Assembly: GCF_006345805.1 (NCBI RefSeq)
Contig: NW_021834230.1
Span: forward strand, 10,624 to 74,623
Direction: 5' to 3'
DNA length: 64,000 nt
Source: Octopus sinensis
Taxonomy: Eukaryota
A model generated the notes under the pieces. It searched no databases. It saw nothing but the letters and a program-made list of their open reading frames with translations, and was not told the DNA's origin. Position numbers and translations under genes: made by a program. The number at the start of each line of letters is the position of its first letter. Positions within the stretch are counted from its first letter, which is position 1. Positions 37,090 to 52,223 of the stretch are shown piece after piece.

Positions 37090-38599
37090 GTTTCACTTTT
37101 ATATATAAAGATATATTATACGACAGGCTTCTTTCAGTTTCAGTCTACCAAATCCACTCACATGGCATTGGTCGGCCCAAGGCTAGAGTAGAAGACACTT
37201 GCCCAAGGTGCCATGCAGTGGGACTGAACCTGGAACCATGTGGTTGGTTAGCAAGCTACTTACCACACAGCCATTTAAGCTTGGAGCGTTTCTCAGTTTC
37301 TTTTGCAGAACTGCTTAGTTCTGGGGATGTAAACACACCAGCACCGGCTGTGAGGCAATGATGGGGAACAAACATATACATGGAAACACACACAGATATA
37401 ATATATATATATATATATGATGGGCTTCTTTCAGTTTCCATCTACGAAATTTTTTCACAATGCTTTGGTTGGCCCAAGGCTGTTAGTAGAAGACGCCCAT
37501 GGTGCCACGCAGAGGGACTGAACCTGTGGAGCAAGCTTCTTAACCACACAGCAATGCTGTTTCAGTTGTTGGATTGAGATACTTCCTTGTACTGGGGATG
37601 TAAACAAACCAACTCTGGTTGTTGAGGGAAAACATGCTTTTGTGTTTCAGTTCAATGGTCGTGGTCATGCTGGGGCACTGGTAGCATTATCACCATTTCA
37701 ATGTCCATTCTTTTTTGTAATTGGCTTTTAGTGAAGGTGTGAGTCTGAGCGCACTGCCCTCTTTTCTTGCCGTGATGTGGGTTCATCTGGGACTTCAGGC
37801 AGCAGGGGATCGAGTTGTTTCTCGAAATGTCTACCCCCTACTCTTTGTTGATCTCTGACATGTTCTGGCAAGGTATTAAATAGATAAGGGCCGTTGAATC
37901 CCAGGTGAGTTGACCTGGCAGAGTTATTGAGTGTTGCCTAAAACGTTTGGCAACATTTCTTCACATCAAGAGTTCAAATCCTGCTGACCAGGGTCGTGGA
38001 GTCAGTAAAATAGACCACAATCACTAGGGGTTGGAGTCGAAGCTTTTTGTTTTGACTCCACAGTCCTGCTGCTATCGGTCTCTTTTTGCTGAACTGGTAA
38101 GTTACAGGTACGTAAACACACCAGCATCGGTTGTCAAGCGATGTTGGGGAGACAAACATACACCACGGGCTTCTTTCAGTTTCAAAGTTTGGTCAGCTGG
38201 AGGCTATAGTAGAAGACACTTGTCCAAGGTGCCCTGCAGTGGGACAGAACCAGGAACCATGTGGTTGGTAAGCAAGCTACTTACCACACCCATTCCTGCG
38301 CCTATATATATATATATATATATTTTATCTTTTACCTGTTTCTGTCGTTTAGTTGTGGCCATGCTGGGGCACCACCTAGAAGGATTTTGGTCAAACAATT
38401 GACCCCAGGACTTATTTTTTCAAGCGGAGTACTTATTCTTCTAGGTTATCCCCCCCCCTCCTACAAAAAAATTGCTGGCCTTGTGCCGAAATTTGGAAGA
38501 ATGATTCAGCTGGTGTTTAAAATACAGATTCACATGAAATTTTGATTGGGGGTTTAACTTTGAAAGTGTTAGCATAGAACCAATGGGGCAATTTCAGGC

Positions 38600-38930
38600 A
38601 GGTTGGTATCAAAAGGGTCCAGAAGGCATTGAGAAAAGGGTCAGGGGATTAAAGAAGGGATACATGTATAAAAACAAATGGGAAGAGGAAATGGCTTGGT
38701 AGAGGGTGTTTGCATAGATTTTTGAGATCATTGTGGAATGGCAGAGAATTAAAATAGACTGTCTAGTAAAGCTCAAGAGGGGTGGCCAGAAATGTATTGT
38801 TATCTGTAACAAGATATACAGGATGGATCGTCGTCACTTCCATCTGCTTTACAGTGGTGGCAGTTCAATGGTTCTGGAGTACTGGTCCTCAATCAGGGTT
38901 CATATGATGCTTGTGTTTGGCATGTAAGAT
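38600..38930 (-). mobile_element. Degenerate CR1-like LINE fragment
   Basis: Stop-interrupted DQYSRTIELPPL*SRWK*RRSILYIL loosely resembles the SYEERL..L.TLE.RR motif. Confidence 0.35.
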
Positions 38931-39979
38931 CTTGTCATTAAAACTTGCATTCAATAAACTGGTTTTGTACTTCTGCAAAATGCCAACAGATTTCCTGATA
39001 ATATTTAATAGCAATACAATAGGATTATTTTGAACATTTATTGGCTCTTGGGGTCCACTGACAGAGATAGCAATTAATGGGGTCCATAGTTAAAAAAGAA
39101 TAGTTGAGAACATCTGACATTTTGGGGTCAGTGGTGTAAGCTGGTTACAAATGTAAACCTACCAACCAGAGACCACATATGACGTATGGAAAGAACCTTG
39201 CAGAGCATATGTGCCTGTTAATAGATGCACAAACAACCAAAACCTATTTGAGTGGAGGCCCGAATATCAAGTTCGGTGGTGTATATAGGGGCCCCTTGGT
39301 GCAGGCCAAAGACAAGATATTTCCTTTTTTGTTTGTTATAGGAATGACTATGCAAGTTAACGCGAGAAGCACCGTGGGGGCTGTTATTAACATCCGTTTT
39401 CCATGCTGGCATGGATTGGACGGTTTTGACTGAGGGCTGGCAAGCCAGGAGGCTGCACAAGGCTTCAATCTGATCTGGCAAGGTTTCTACAGCTGGGTGT
39501 TCTTACTAACACCAGCCACTCCATGAGTGGTGGGTGCTTTTTACATGCTACCGGCATGGGTGGGGTCAGGCAGCACAGACATCGACCCTGCTTGAATGGT
39601 GCTTTTTACGTCCCAGTCAGGTGGTACCAACATTGGCTATGGCAACAATTTCACTTGACTCAACTGGTTTTCTCAAGCACAGCATATTGCACGCCGATTG
39701 AAGGGTACTCTTAAATGGGCCGGTTATGTGACGCTTGGCATTTTCTATTCGCCATTACACCATCACATCGGACTTTAATTCCGTATGTAACCATTATGTA
39801 AATGGTTCATTGGAATGAATTCCATCCATTGGTGTTTTATGTAGTGTTTCCTCCCCACTTAAATTTAGACATTTCCAGAGGACACCTTGACCGTTATTAA
39901 CGGACATTCTATCTACAAATTACGGAGATGTACTTGCATAGCAAGTGACCTGATCTGAGATCGTGTGCTGAAACGAAAA

Positions 39980-40265
39980 CAATTGCAGCGTGGAAAGTGT
40001 TTGTAAGCCATTTAAGAAACACACAAAAGCCGTTCGATTCACTTCAACATTTAAGTTTAATTTGCCAAAATATTTTCGTCGCTTTAAGACCGCGACCTGT
40101 TCACTGACAAAAATACGTACTGCATCTCTGATTTTTGTCAGTGCAGAGGTCGCGGTCTCAAAGCGACGAAAATATTTTGACAAATTAAACTTAAATGTTG
40201 AAGTGAATCGAACGGTTTTTGTGTGTTTCTTAAATGGCTTACAAACACCTTCCACGCTGAAATTG
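39980..40265. repeat. Long inverted repeat (135-bp arms, 16-nt loop), probably a fold-back MITE
   Basis: Arm 39980-40114 is a near-perfect reverse complement of 40131-40265, and ORFs on both strands translate almost identically. Confidence 0.95.
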
Positions 40266-41100
40266 TTATCTACAAATGTTGGTGGGAAGTCGTGAGTAGG
40301 ATGAGGGCAACTGTATGACGGATGTTTAGTTCCAGGTCAACCATGACCAAAAGTATTACGAGCCAAGCTTTCTTTTTCGTTTCTTCAGAAATAACCCAGA
40401 ATTCTTTTCTCTGAATCGATGGATTTACGACTTAAGAGAAATGTAACTGCTATTTTTAGCACGTTGAACAGCCATGTGGGGGCTCCCTTCGTCTCACACG
40501 GCCGATGGGATTGGGTTCAGTGGAGGACAGCAGTCAATGTGATAGTGAGACAGAAAGAAGGAAAATACTCTCATTTAGTTGGATTTGGAAACGAATTCGA
40601 GATTCTTTGTTGCAGGAGGGGGGGATATAAAGGGAGGTAACTGACGTAAGAGTTGCCTCCCATGTTTATTAGCTCCTCAGCGAAAATCTTTTTGATTTAT
40701 AAATGGAAACTGTAACACCAACTGCTTGGATTGAAGTCTCGTTCATTGTGTTATAATGCAAGTGGTTGAGTATTCCGACATCTTATATATACTCGTACTG
40801 CTTTAGATTACAGCTGCAGTTCATCCTCTGTTGGCGAACTCGAGATCTAGCTCTCTCACTCTCTCTTTGTATACACACACACACATATATATATATGTAT
40901 GTATATATATATATATATTCTTTTACTTGTTTCAGCCATTTGACTGCACCTTCAGTTGAATAAATTGGCCCCTAAGACTTATTCTTTGTAAGCCCAGTAC
41001 TTATTCTATCGGTCTCTTTAGCTGAACAGCTAAATTACGGGGACGTAAACACACCAGCATCAGTTGTCAAGCGATGGTGTGGGGACAAACATACATGCGC

Positions 41101-41145
<45 letters not shown>

Positions 41146-44131
41146 CACCACGGGCTTCTTTCAGTTTCCGAGTTTGGTCGGCCCAAGGCTATAGTAGAAG
41201 ACAATTGCCCAAAGTGCCATGCAGTGGGACTGAACCAGGAACCATGTGGTTGGTAAGCAAGCTACTTACCACACAGCCACTCCTGCGCCTATATATATAT
41301 ATATATATATTTTATCTTTTACCTGTTTCTGTCGTTTGGTTGTGGCCATGCTGGAGCACCACCTAGAAGGATTTTAGTCAAACAATTGACCCTAGGACTT
41401 ATTTTTTCAAGCAGAGTACTTATTCTTCTAGTCTCTTAGCTGGACTGCTAAGTTATGGGGACATAAACACACCAATACCGGATTCTAAGTGGTGTTAGTG
41501 GGGGAAACATCACACACACAAATATATACATAGATAGTGCTTTTTATATGTCACTGGCACAGGAGCCAGTTAGGGGCACTGGCATTGATCATGTTCAAAT
41601 GGTGCTTTTTATGTTCCACCAGCATAAAAAGCACTATCTGAATGTGATCGATGCCAGGGTGACATGTAAAAAAGCACTCACTACACTCTTGAAGTGGTTG
41701 GCGTTAGGAAGGGCATCCAGTTGTAGAAACTCTGCCAGATCAGATTGGAGCCTGGTGTGGTCTCCTGGCTTCCCAGACCCCGGTTGAACTGTCCAACCCA
41801 TGCTAGCATGGAAAACGGACTTTAAATGATGATGAGTGGCTGTGTGGTAAGTAGCTTGCTAACCAACCACATGGTTCCAGGTTCAGTCCTACTGCATGGC
41901 ATCTTGGGCAAGTGTCTTCTGCTATAGCCCTGGGCCGACCAATGCCTTGTGAGTGGATTTGGTAGACGGAAACTGAAAGAAGCCCGTCGTATATATATAT
42001 ATATATATATATATGTTTGTGTGTCTGTGTTTGTCCTCCTATCATTGCTTGACGACTGATGCTGGTGTGTTTATGTCCCCGTCACTTAGCGGTTCAGCAA
42101 AAGAGACCGATAGAATAAGTACTGGGCTTACAAAGAATAAATCCTGGGGTCGATTTGCTCGACTAAAGGCGGTGCTCCAGCATGGCTGCAGTCAAATGAC
42201 TGAAACAAGTAAAAGAGTATATATATATATATACAATGGGCTTCTTTCAGTTTCCGTCCACCAAATCCATTCACAAGGCTGTAGAAGCAAACACTTGCTC
42301 AAGGTACTGTGCAGTGGGACTGAACCCCAAAACCCTTCAAGATGCTGCTCCAGCATGACCACAGCCCAATGGTTGAAACAAGTAAATGAAAGAAAAAACA
42401 AAATGAGTAAAAAAAAATGAAAAAAATATACAAAAAACAAAAATGTTTTAGTTTATTTATTGATTTTTTTTTATAATGAATAATTATTTACAGAAAAAAT
42501 AAACATAAATTAATTTATAATAATAATGATAATAGTAGTAGTAGTAGTAGTAGTAGTAGTAATAATAATAATCATTTCTACTGGAGGCTCAAAGCCTGAA
42601 ATTTTGTGGGAGGGCATTAGTTGATTAGATCGACCCCCAGGGCGTAACTGGTACTTAATTTATCGTGAGTTCAAATTCTGCCGAGGTCAACTTTGCCTTT
42701 CATCCTTTCGGGGTCGATAAATTAAGTACCAGTTACGCACTGGGGTCGATGTAATCGACTTAATTCCTTTGTCTGTCCTTGTTTGTCCCCTCTATGCTTA
42801 ACCCCTTGTGGGTAGTAAAGAAATAGGTATTTCGTCCGTCTTTACATTCTGGGTTCAAATTCAGCCGAGGTCGACTTTGCCTTTCAGCCTTTCGGGGTAA
42901 ATAAATTAAGTACCAGTTACGCACTGGGGTCGATCTAATCGACTTAATACCTATGTCTATCCTTGTTTGTCCCCTCTGTGTTTAGCCTCTTGTGGGCAGT
43001 AAAGAAATAGGTACTTAATTTATCGACCCCGAGAGGATGAAAGGCAAAGTCGACCTCGGCGGAATTTGAACTCAGAACATAGCAGCAGGTGAAATACCTA
43101 TTTCTTTACTACCCACAAGGGGCTAAACACAGTTGATTATATTGACCCCAGTGCGTACTGGTACTTAATTTATCGACCCCCAAAAGGATGAAAGGCAAAG
43201 TCGACCTCGGCGGAATTTGAACTCAGAACATAAAGACTGATGAAATGCCGCTAAGCATTTCTCCCCGGTGTGCTAACGATTCTGCCAGCTCACCACCATA
43301 ATAATAATAATAATATTTTGACACAGAAAGTCTTTTCCCTTTTTCCTTTGTACCGGCAAAGTTTTCAAATTATCATCCTTAAATCCTTAAAAATGTTTTA
43401 GCCCGAAGGCCGCGGCCATGCTGGGGCACCACCGCTGAATGAGCTACACTAATATGTGAATCCACCTCTGATACGTGGCACTTGATCAACAAGGGAGTTC
43501 GATGCTGCTGCCCGCATCTGTGTCTCCTGTCGTGAGGTAGGTTCATCTGGGACTCCCGACAAGAAGAGATCCAGTTTAGTTTTAAAGAAACCCAAAATCA
43601 TGTCTAAATATTTCTGTCTGTGTATCTAAGTTTCTGTATTTGTGAGTGAAGTGCTTTTTTTTTTGTTATTTAGATACTGGGATGGTGAGAATTATGTGTA
43701 AGTGTTTGTGTATATCTCTATGTTTATATGCTGTTTTCTGAGAGAAGTAAAAGTATATATATGTGTGTGTGTGTATTTGCATAGTAGTAATGCTCTAGCA
43801 TGGCCACAGCTCAGTGGTTGAACCAGTAAAGTAACGTGCTTGTTTCGTATGATATACACACACACACATGTATACATACATATAACATATATATACCACC
43901 ACACACACCAACATATAATATATGTATATATGTATATATGTATATATTATATATATATATATATAATATATATATATATAATATATGTATATATATGTAT
44001 GTATATATATATATGTATATATACTATATATATAAAACACACACATATGGCTAAGATCAAGGTCTAATATATACTCTTAATAGTTTTATATATATATATA
44101 TATATGTTTGTGTGTGTGTACACTATATACA

Positions 44132-44181
<50 letters not shown>

Positions 44182-45093
44182 CATACATACATGTGTGTGT
44201 GTATAGATGCACATAGATATACATATAGATACATGTATCTATACACACGTAGATGCATATATATTTAAGTACACACACTCACACACACATATATGCTTAT
44301 ATATATGTATATGTACAAATATATGTATCTAATATATATGTATGTATGTATAAACTTATGTGCGAATATATTCATACATACATACATATTTATACATATA
44401 CATACATATATACATACATACGTTCACATATATATATACTCATTTTTATTGATGTATAAACCAAATATATTTTTAGTTGAGCAAATCGACCCTGGAACTT
44501 ATTCTTTCTAAGCCCAGTACTTATTCTATCGGTCTCTTTTGCCGAACCGCTAGGTGACGGGGACGTAAACACATCAGCATCGGTTGTCAAGCAATGCTAG
44601 GAGGACAAACACAGACACACATACATATATATATATATATACGACAGGCTTCTTTCAGTTTCCGTCTACCAAATCCACTTACAAGGCATTGGTCGGCCCG
44701 GGGCTATAGCAGAAGACACTGAACCCGGAACCACACAGCCACTCCTGCACCTATATATATATATATATATACATGCGTACATACATATATATATATATAT
44801 ATGAATGCATGTGTATATATACACAAATACATACATGTATGTATTTATGTGTATAAATATATATGTGTATATATATATGACGTTAAACGATGATGATGAT
44901 GATGATGATTCATACATACATACATATTTATAAATATACATACATACACACACACACACACATATATATATATACATGCATACATATATAGATATATATA
45001 TACATGCATACATACATATATATATATGTATGCATGTGTATATATATACAAATACATACATGATGTATTTATATGTATAAATACATATGTGGT

Positions 45094-45146
<53 letters not shown>

Positions 45147-45736
45147 GTCTACCAATGTAAACAAACTCTAGCATAAATATAAATCTCAGATACCCGGGTA
45201 GTACTTAAAGTCACCTAATGGACAAACAAAAAATTGTAAAGCCCTGTGATGCGTGCTAATTACTCCACACATCAAACACACCTTAAATGTAGGTGTATAT
45301 ATTGAAGTGGAGGCTTGTTTTCACACCGAATTGTCCAATGTCGATTTGTACACCCATTTGTTGAGTGTGTATGTTTTTGTATGTAAATGAAAGTGTGTGC
45401 AGAAGTATGTGTGTGTGTGTGTGTGTAAATGGGTGGGATTTTGTTTTTTCACACATGGACATTTTTCAGATGTTTTAAGCAATTATCACCTTATAAACAG
45501 ACTGTATATATATGTGTATGTATGTATGTTTTTGTGTGTATATATATGTATATACATACATGTATATGTACATATATGTATATTTGTGTATATATATATA
45601 TATGTATACACACACACATACACACACACATATATATACATACACACATATATATACATATATATATATAAACATACATATATATATACACATATATACA
45701 TATATATATAATAATAATGCATGCACATACATACCT

Positions 45737-45778
<42 letters not shown>

Positions 45779-46468
45779 ATATATAATATATATATATATA
45801 TACATAACCATATATATATAGGTGCAGGAGTGGCGTGTGGTAGAGTAGCTTGCTAACCAACCACATGGTTCCGCGTTCAGTCTCACTGCGTGGCACCTTG
45901 GGCAAGTGTCTTCTGCTATAGCCCCAGGCCGACAATGCCTGTGAGTGGATTTGGTAGACGGAAACTGAAAGAAGCCTGTTTGTATATTATTAATATATAT
46001 ATATAGTTGTGTATGTGTGTGTGTGTCTGTGTTGTCCCCCTAGCATTGCTTGACATCCGATGCTGGTGTGTTTACATCCCCGTCAATTAGCGGTTCGGCA
46101 AAAGGAACCGATAGAATAAGTACTGGGCTTACAAAGAATAAGTCCCGGGGTCGATTTGCTCGACTAAAGGCGGTGCTCCAGCATGGCTGCAGTCAAATGA
46201 CTGAAACAAGTAAAGAGTATATATATATAGATGAGTCTATTTTTCCCTTGTTAACAATTAACACAGAAGAGAAGATTATATGCTTTTACACCATTTATTC
46301 CTTTGGAATAACTATCAGTGATATCTTCGAAACATGTGTCGGAAGTAAAAGTATTTGAATTATACCTGCGTTAAACTCCATTTATTTATATATTTATATA
46401 TATATATATATATAAGCATGTATATATATTGAACTCTACTATTTCCCTCTATTTAACCATCTCACATC

Positions 46469-46516
46469 GTCTCTGATGAAGGGATATTCCAGATATCCCA
46501 GAAACAGCTGTCAGGC
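46469..46516 (+). ncRNA. Minimal hammerhead ribozyme motif (best copy, GUC cleavage triplet)
   Basis: gtct-ctgatga-a-gggata-ttccaga-tatccc-a-gaaa-cagctgt-c-aggc. Confidence 0.65.
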
Positions 46517-46595
46517 TATCTTTCTCTTTATAAATGTCCTGAAAATTCCACACAGCCTTGGCTTTGTTGTCTCATTTTTTAAAATATATGTATAT

Positions 46596-46643
<48 letters not shown>

Positions 46644-46837
46644 TATATACATCTGGTGTATACACACACATATATATATATACATATATGTACATAATAT
46701 ATATATATATATAATATATCTATATATATCTATATATATATAAAGTTAATCCAAAACAAGAAAAGCACACCAAAAACACAACAACACGAGGACGTGGAAC
46801 AAATATAGTATTATTGGACGCTCAGGAAAGGAGGAGG

Positions 46838-46872
46838 GTTTAACGTTTCGAGCGGAGCTCTTCGTCGGAAAC
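46838..46872 (-). ncRNA. Variant minimal hammerhead motif (core CCGACGA)
   Basis: Minus: gttt-ccgacga-a-gagc-tcc-gctc-gaaa-cgtt-aaac. Confidence 0.4.
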
Positions 46873-47009
46873 ATAGAAGGAAAGATCCAGAGAAGGGAAG
46901 ACAGAGGAAAAAAAATCGCCAACGGTCCACACGAGGTCACATTTTGAATATATATATATATATATGTATATGTCTCACCCATGCCAGCATGGACGGAGGA
47001 CGTTAAATG

Positions 47010-47040
<31 letters not shown>

Positions 47041-49219
47041 AACACACTTATATATATAAATATATGTATGTTTGTATGTATATATATATATATATACATG
47101 TATATATATATATATATATATACGTATGTGTATGTATCTACCTATATCTGTATGTAAGGATTTATTTGTTTTATTTGTTGTGTCATTTTTGTCTTTTCGT
47201 GTTGTCCTTTACCGTTGCATGTTAACATTTCCGGTTCAAGGGAGCAGGATGTCAGATTAAGGTGTGTGTGCGTGTGTGGGGGGGATATCTAAGGGGGATA
47301 ATTCTATTTCCCTCTCCTCAATTTTTATTCTTCTACATGTCTTTCCCCCCCCCCCCCCCAAACAAGCACGTTTTACATTCTGTTAATTAAATTTAACTCA
47401 ATAATATAATCATTAAAACAAAAAAAAAAAGTTTAGAAATAAATAATAATTTATTATACTCAATATCTTTTTTTTTTCTCTTTCTCATAAATTTAGACAT
47501 TTTCTAAGTCATGGAAAGACAACTCCGACAAAAATATAAAAAGAAAAAAAAAAGTAAATCATATTGTAAAAAAATCACAGGAGCATGAACATAGATTAAG
47601 TGATATGAATATTGATCTAGAGGAAGTCTTTGAAATGTCTGTTATTCTTCATGGCTTTGGTAAGCTCATGGTTCCATGTCGTTTATGTTTGCCCTATATT
47701 TAAACATAAAATTATCAAAGGCATCTGGCTTAGTGGTTAGAGGTGTTTGGTTTTCATCAAAAGGTTGTGAGTTCCTGGTGGTGCATTGTCGATATTTTAT
47801 TTTCTGAATTAAATCTTTAATTTTTAATTTTTAATTCACCTGAGGAAATGTTTTTTCTTTCATATTGTATTTGGTTTATGCATCAATAAAAAATGTCACC
47901 GAAACAGCTGTAGGAAACCTTAACCCATTTGTGTTCTGTAAGGTTATCTTCTCAGTTCGCCACACCACCTACGCAAGGGCGTTTATACACCCATATCCAT
48001 TAACGGTTATATTTAATACTTTTTTGCTGTATTACTCTTTACTCTTTTACTTGTTTCAGTCATTTGACTGCGGCCATGCTGGAGCATCGCCTTTAGTCGA
48101 GCAACTCGACCCCGGGACTTATTCTTTTGTAAGCCCAGTACTTATTCTATCGGTCTCTTTTGCCGAACCGCTAAGTGACGTGGACATAAACACACCAGCA
48201 TCGGTTGTCAAGCAATGCTAGGGGACAAACACAGGACACACATATATAATATACATATATACGACGGGCTTCTTTCAGTTTCCGTCTACCAAATCCACCC
48301 ACACAAGGCATTGGTCGGCTCGGCCGGCGGGATAGCAGAAGACACTTGCCCAAGGTGCCACGCAGTGGGACTGAACCCGGACCATGTGGATGGTTAAGCA
48401 AGCTACTTACCACACAGCCACTCCTGCGCCTTATATTTAATACTATTTTGCTGTATTATATACTTGTTTCTTTTTTTTTTGTATCTGTTATTTTTTTTAT
48501 CATTGGTTTTCTACATAAATGAACCTACATCCTTTAATTTGCTGCTTTTCGTTAAACGAACTGTGAAGATACCTTGCAGAACGGTTGTTACTTTAATGAG
48601 TTATATCTAATCATCGCTCAAAGAGACAAATCTATACCAACGGATGCTCCTGAACTGGTTGTTAAGTATCCCACCCATGAGGGATTGATGCTAGATGCGT
48701 CGAAACAATTGTAGGGATTAATAAAAATTCTCATATCTTCCATCTTTCATCTCTCTCGTTAACCAAATACAAAACGAACACCGTGAAAGTGAATGTGCTT
48801 TACTGGCAAGCTACGATACAATCTATTATCTAATGGTATGGGTGTGTGTGTGTTTATGTATATATGTATAGGTGGTGGTGTGGTCATGTGATAAGAAGCT
48901 TGCTTCCTAAGCTCATGGTTCTGGTTTCAGTCCCATTCAGCAAATGTTTTTTACTATAGCGTTGGGCTGACCAAAGCCCTGTGAGTGGATTTTGGTAGAC
49001 AGAAATTGAAAGAAGCCTGCTGTGTGTGTGTATGTATGTGTGTATATATATATATATAATTATATTTTCTATTTCTATTTCTATATCTTGTTATATTTGT
49101 ACTATATTAATGTATAATATCATTGCTGTGGTGTAATGGTTTAATAAAGTATTGATTGGGTATTATCTGATGGTTGATGTTTGATTGATTTAGGTATGTT
49201 TCTCCATTTTCTCATTTTG

Positions 49220-49264
<45 letters not shown>

Positions 49265-49516
49265 ATGTTTGTGTGTGTGTGTGTGTGTGCATGTGTGTGT
49301 GTGTGTGTGTGTGCATGTGTGTGTTTGTCTTGTCTCAGTCACCGCTTGACAACTTAGTACTGGTGTGCTCATGTCCTTGTAACTTAGTGGTTTGAGAAAA
49401 GATACTGATAAAGTAAGTACCAGGTTTAAAAATACAAGCACTGGCATCAATTCTTCCAGGTGGTGCCCCAGCATGGCCTCAGTCTAATCACTGAAACAAG
49501 TAGAGGATAAAAGACC

Positions 49517-49548
<32 letters not shown>

Positions 49549-49740
49549 GTGTGTATGTATATCACCATCATCATCATTTAATATCCATTTTTCCCTTGCT
49601 TGCATTGCCCAGCTGGAGCTTGTCAAGGCAGCTGGATGCTCTTTCTGTCACCAACCTTCAAATATTTCCAATATAATTTAAGCAACCAGAAGATCGATTT
49701 GGTATTAATCTCTATTTTTTGCAAGGGTCGTTTTGACCCA

Positions 49741-49968
49741 TCCTGCTAACGTCCCTTATTGGTGGGGACTCCGTTCAACATGTGCTGCATCCATTTAGCA
49801 GTTGGGGTCTCATCAGGTACATCCATACGTAAAGTGGTGTCTTTGTAAAGAACTTGAGTTTAGGCAGTCATGTTGTTAAAAGCAGTCAAATTTGGGATGT
49901 GACCCAGACTGCAAAATGGGTGCAACACAACATGTAAGGAGTCCCACCCACAAGGGACAATAGCAGGA
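49741..49968. mobile_element. MITE with imperfect ~45-bp TIRs
   Basis: tcctgctaacgtcccttattggtggggactcc...ggagtcccacccacaagggacaatagcagga. Confidence 0.55.
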
Positions 49969-50865
49969 GGGGTGGAAGCAATCATTGTACATAAAAAAAA
50001 ACCGATTAATACCAGATCCATCTTTTGGTTACTCTTTTTTACTTGTTTCAGTCACTTGACTGCGGCCATGCTGGAGCACTGCCTTTAGTCGAGCAACTCG
50101 AACCCAGGACTTATTCTTTTGTAAGCCCAGTACTTATTCTATCAGTCTCTTTTGCCGAACCGCTAAGTGACGGGGACGTAAACACACCAGCATCGGTTGT
50201 CAAGCAATGCTAGGGGGACAAACACAGATACACAAACATATACACACACACATATATATACATATATACGACGGGCTTCTTTCAGTTTCCATCTACCAAA
50301 TCCACTCACAAGGCTTTGGTCGGCCCCGGGGCTATAGCAGAAGACACTTGCCAAGATGCCACGCAGTGGGACTGAACCCGGAACCATGTGGTTGGTTAGC
50401 AAGCTACTTACCACACAGCCACTCCTGCACCTATTACTTATTTTTTATTTTTATTTTATCTAGTTCCAGCTCATGAGTTTGGCCATGCTGGGGCACCACC
50501 ATTTGGTGTTGCTACATGATTTTACTTCACGAATGCTTTTTAGCAATTGACTTTGGTGCATGAGAGAGTTTGATGCAGCTGCCCTCATCTGCACCTCTTG
50601 CCGCGAAGTTGGTTCATCTGGGACACCTGATAGGAAGAGGTCCAGCTTAATCAATTATCATTATCTCAACTAACGCTGTGCAACTCCTGAAGTAGGTCCA
50701 ACAGTAATATACCCCGACTGCGGATGACACCAGGTAGCCACAAACTGTACCAGTGCTTTACTCAACACACCAACACACTAACTGACATATAACCATTAGT
50801 TCAAAATATTACATATATACATACACACACACACATGTGGAATAGGATACATACACTTACGATAG

Positions 50866-50917
<52 letters not shown>

Positions 50918-51228
50918 TATATTTATATACATTTATTTATATACGTTCAATGCTTCATGCTCACTAGATTGTTTATGTTTAGTCAAAGGTAAACTGATTT
51001 ATATATATCGTCACAATATGTACACTGTATTATATATATATATAGACACATATACATATATATATGTATGTGTATATATATATATATATTTATGCATTCA
51101 CATGTCTATGTATATATATATGTACATGTACATATATACTGATATATATATACTATATATATATTTGTATACATATGTATATACGTACATATACATGTAT
51201 ATAATATGTATATACATGTATATATATG

Positions 51229-51259
<31 letters not shown>

Positions 51260-52180
51260 TTTAATATGTTTTATATATGTATATATTATGTATCTTTATA
51301 ATATATATATAAATATTAATATATATCATATATATATATAATCTATATATATAATTTAAAGGGATTTTGTTCTAGGCAACCTGCAAAAGCCTGTGTGTTA
51401 TTTCGTTTTTGTATTTATTTATTTATTTATATATTTTTTTTCGTTTTGTCCTCTTTCAACCTGGAACTATCAGCAGCAGCAGCAACAGCAGCAGCAAAAG
51501 GAAAAAAAACAATGTAAAAAAAAAAAAAAAACAAAACACAGTAGCAACAACAAAAACAACACAAAAATATGACCAAATAAATATAGAAGTGACTGTCTTC
51601 TGGATTTGAACCCGTGTATAGCAGATGAGGAATATGTTTCTTGATGTAGGCGTAGTACATGTGTGTGGCTGTTGTGTGTACGTGTATGTATAAATTGTCT
51701 CTAAATATGTTTATATACATACATACATACATATATATATATACACACACATATAAATATGTATATATATACACACACACATATACATACATATGCATTA
51801 TATTATATGTATTCTATATGCATAATACGCATACACACATACATATTAGTGGGTCTTATTTAAATACTGTCAATATCAAATGGAAAATATATATATATAT
51901 ATATATGTGTGTGTGATTATATGCATTGTATACGTATGTCTCTCTCTCTCTTGATATATATATATATTATATTATATATATATATATATATATAATATAT
52001 ATATATATATATGTATACATACATATATTATATATGTGTATATGTGTGTGTATTTATATATATAAATATTGTGTATATATATATATAAATATATATATAT
52101 AGATAATATATATATCATATATATATACATATATAAAAACATATATATATATATATATATATGTATGATGCATGATATAT

Positions 52181-52223
<43 letters not shown>

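Noticed and set aside
39920-40295. Pair of similar ORFs on opposite strands
   Set aside because: A consequence of the palindrome, not coding.
48667-48718. Possible hammerhead (atccc...gaaacaattgtagggat)
   Set aside because: The core reads cccatga rather than CUGANGA and stem II does not pair; at most a dead relic.
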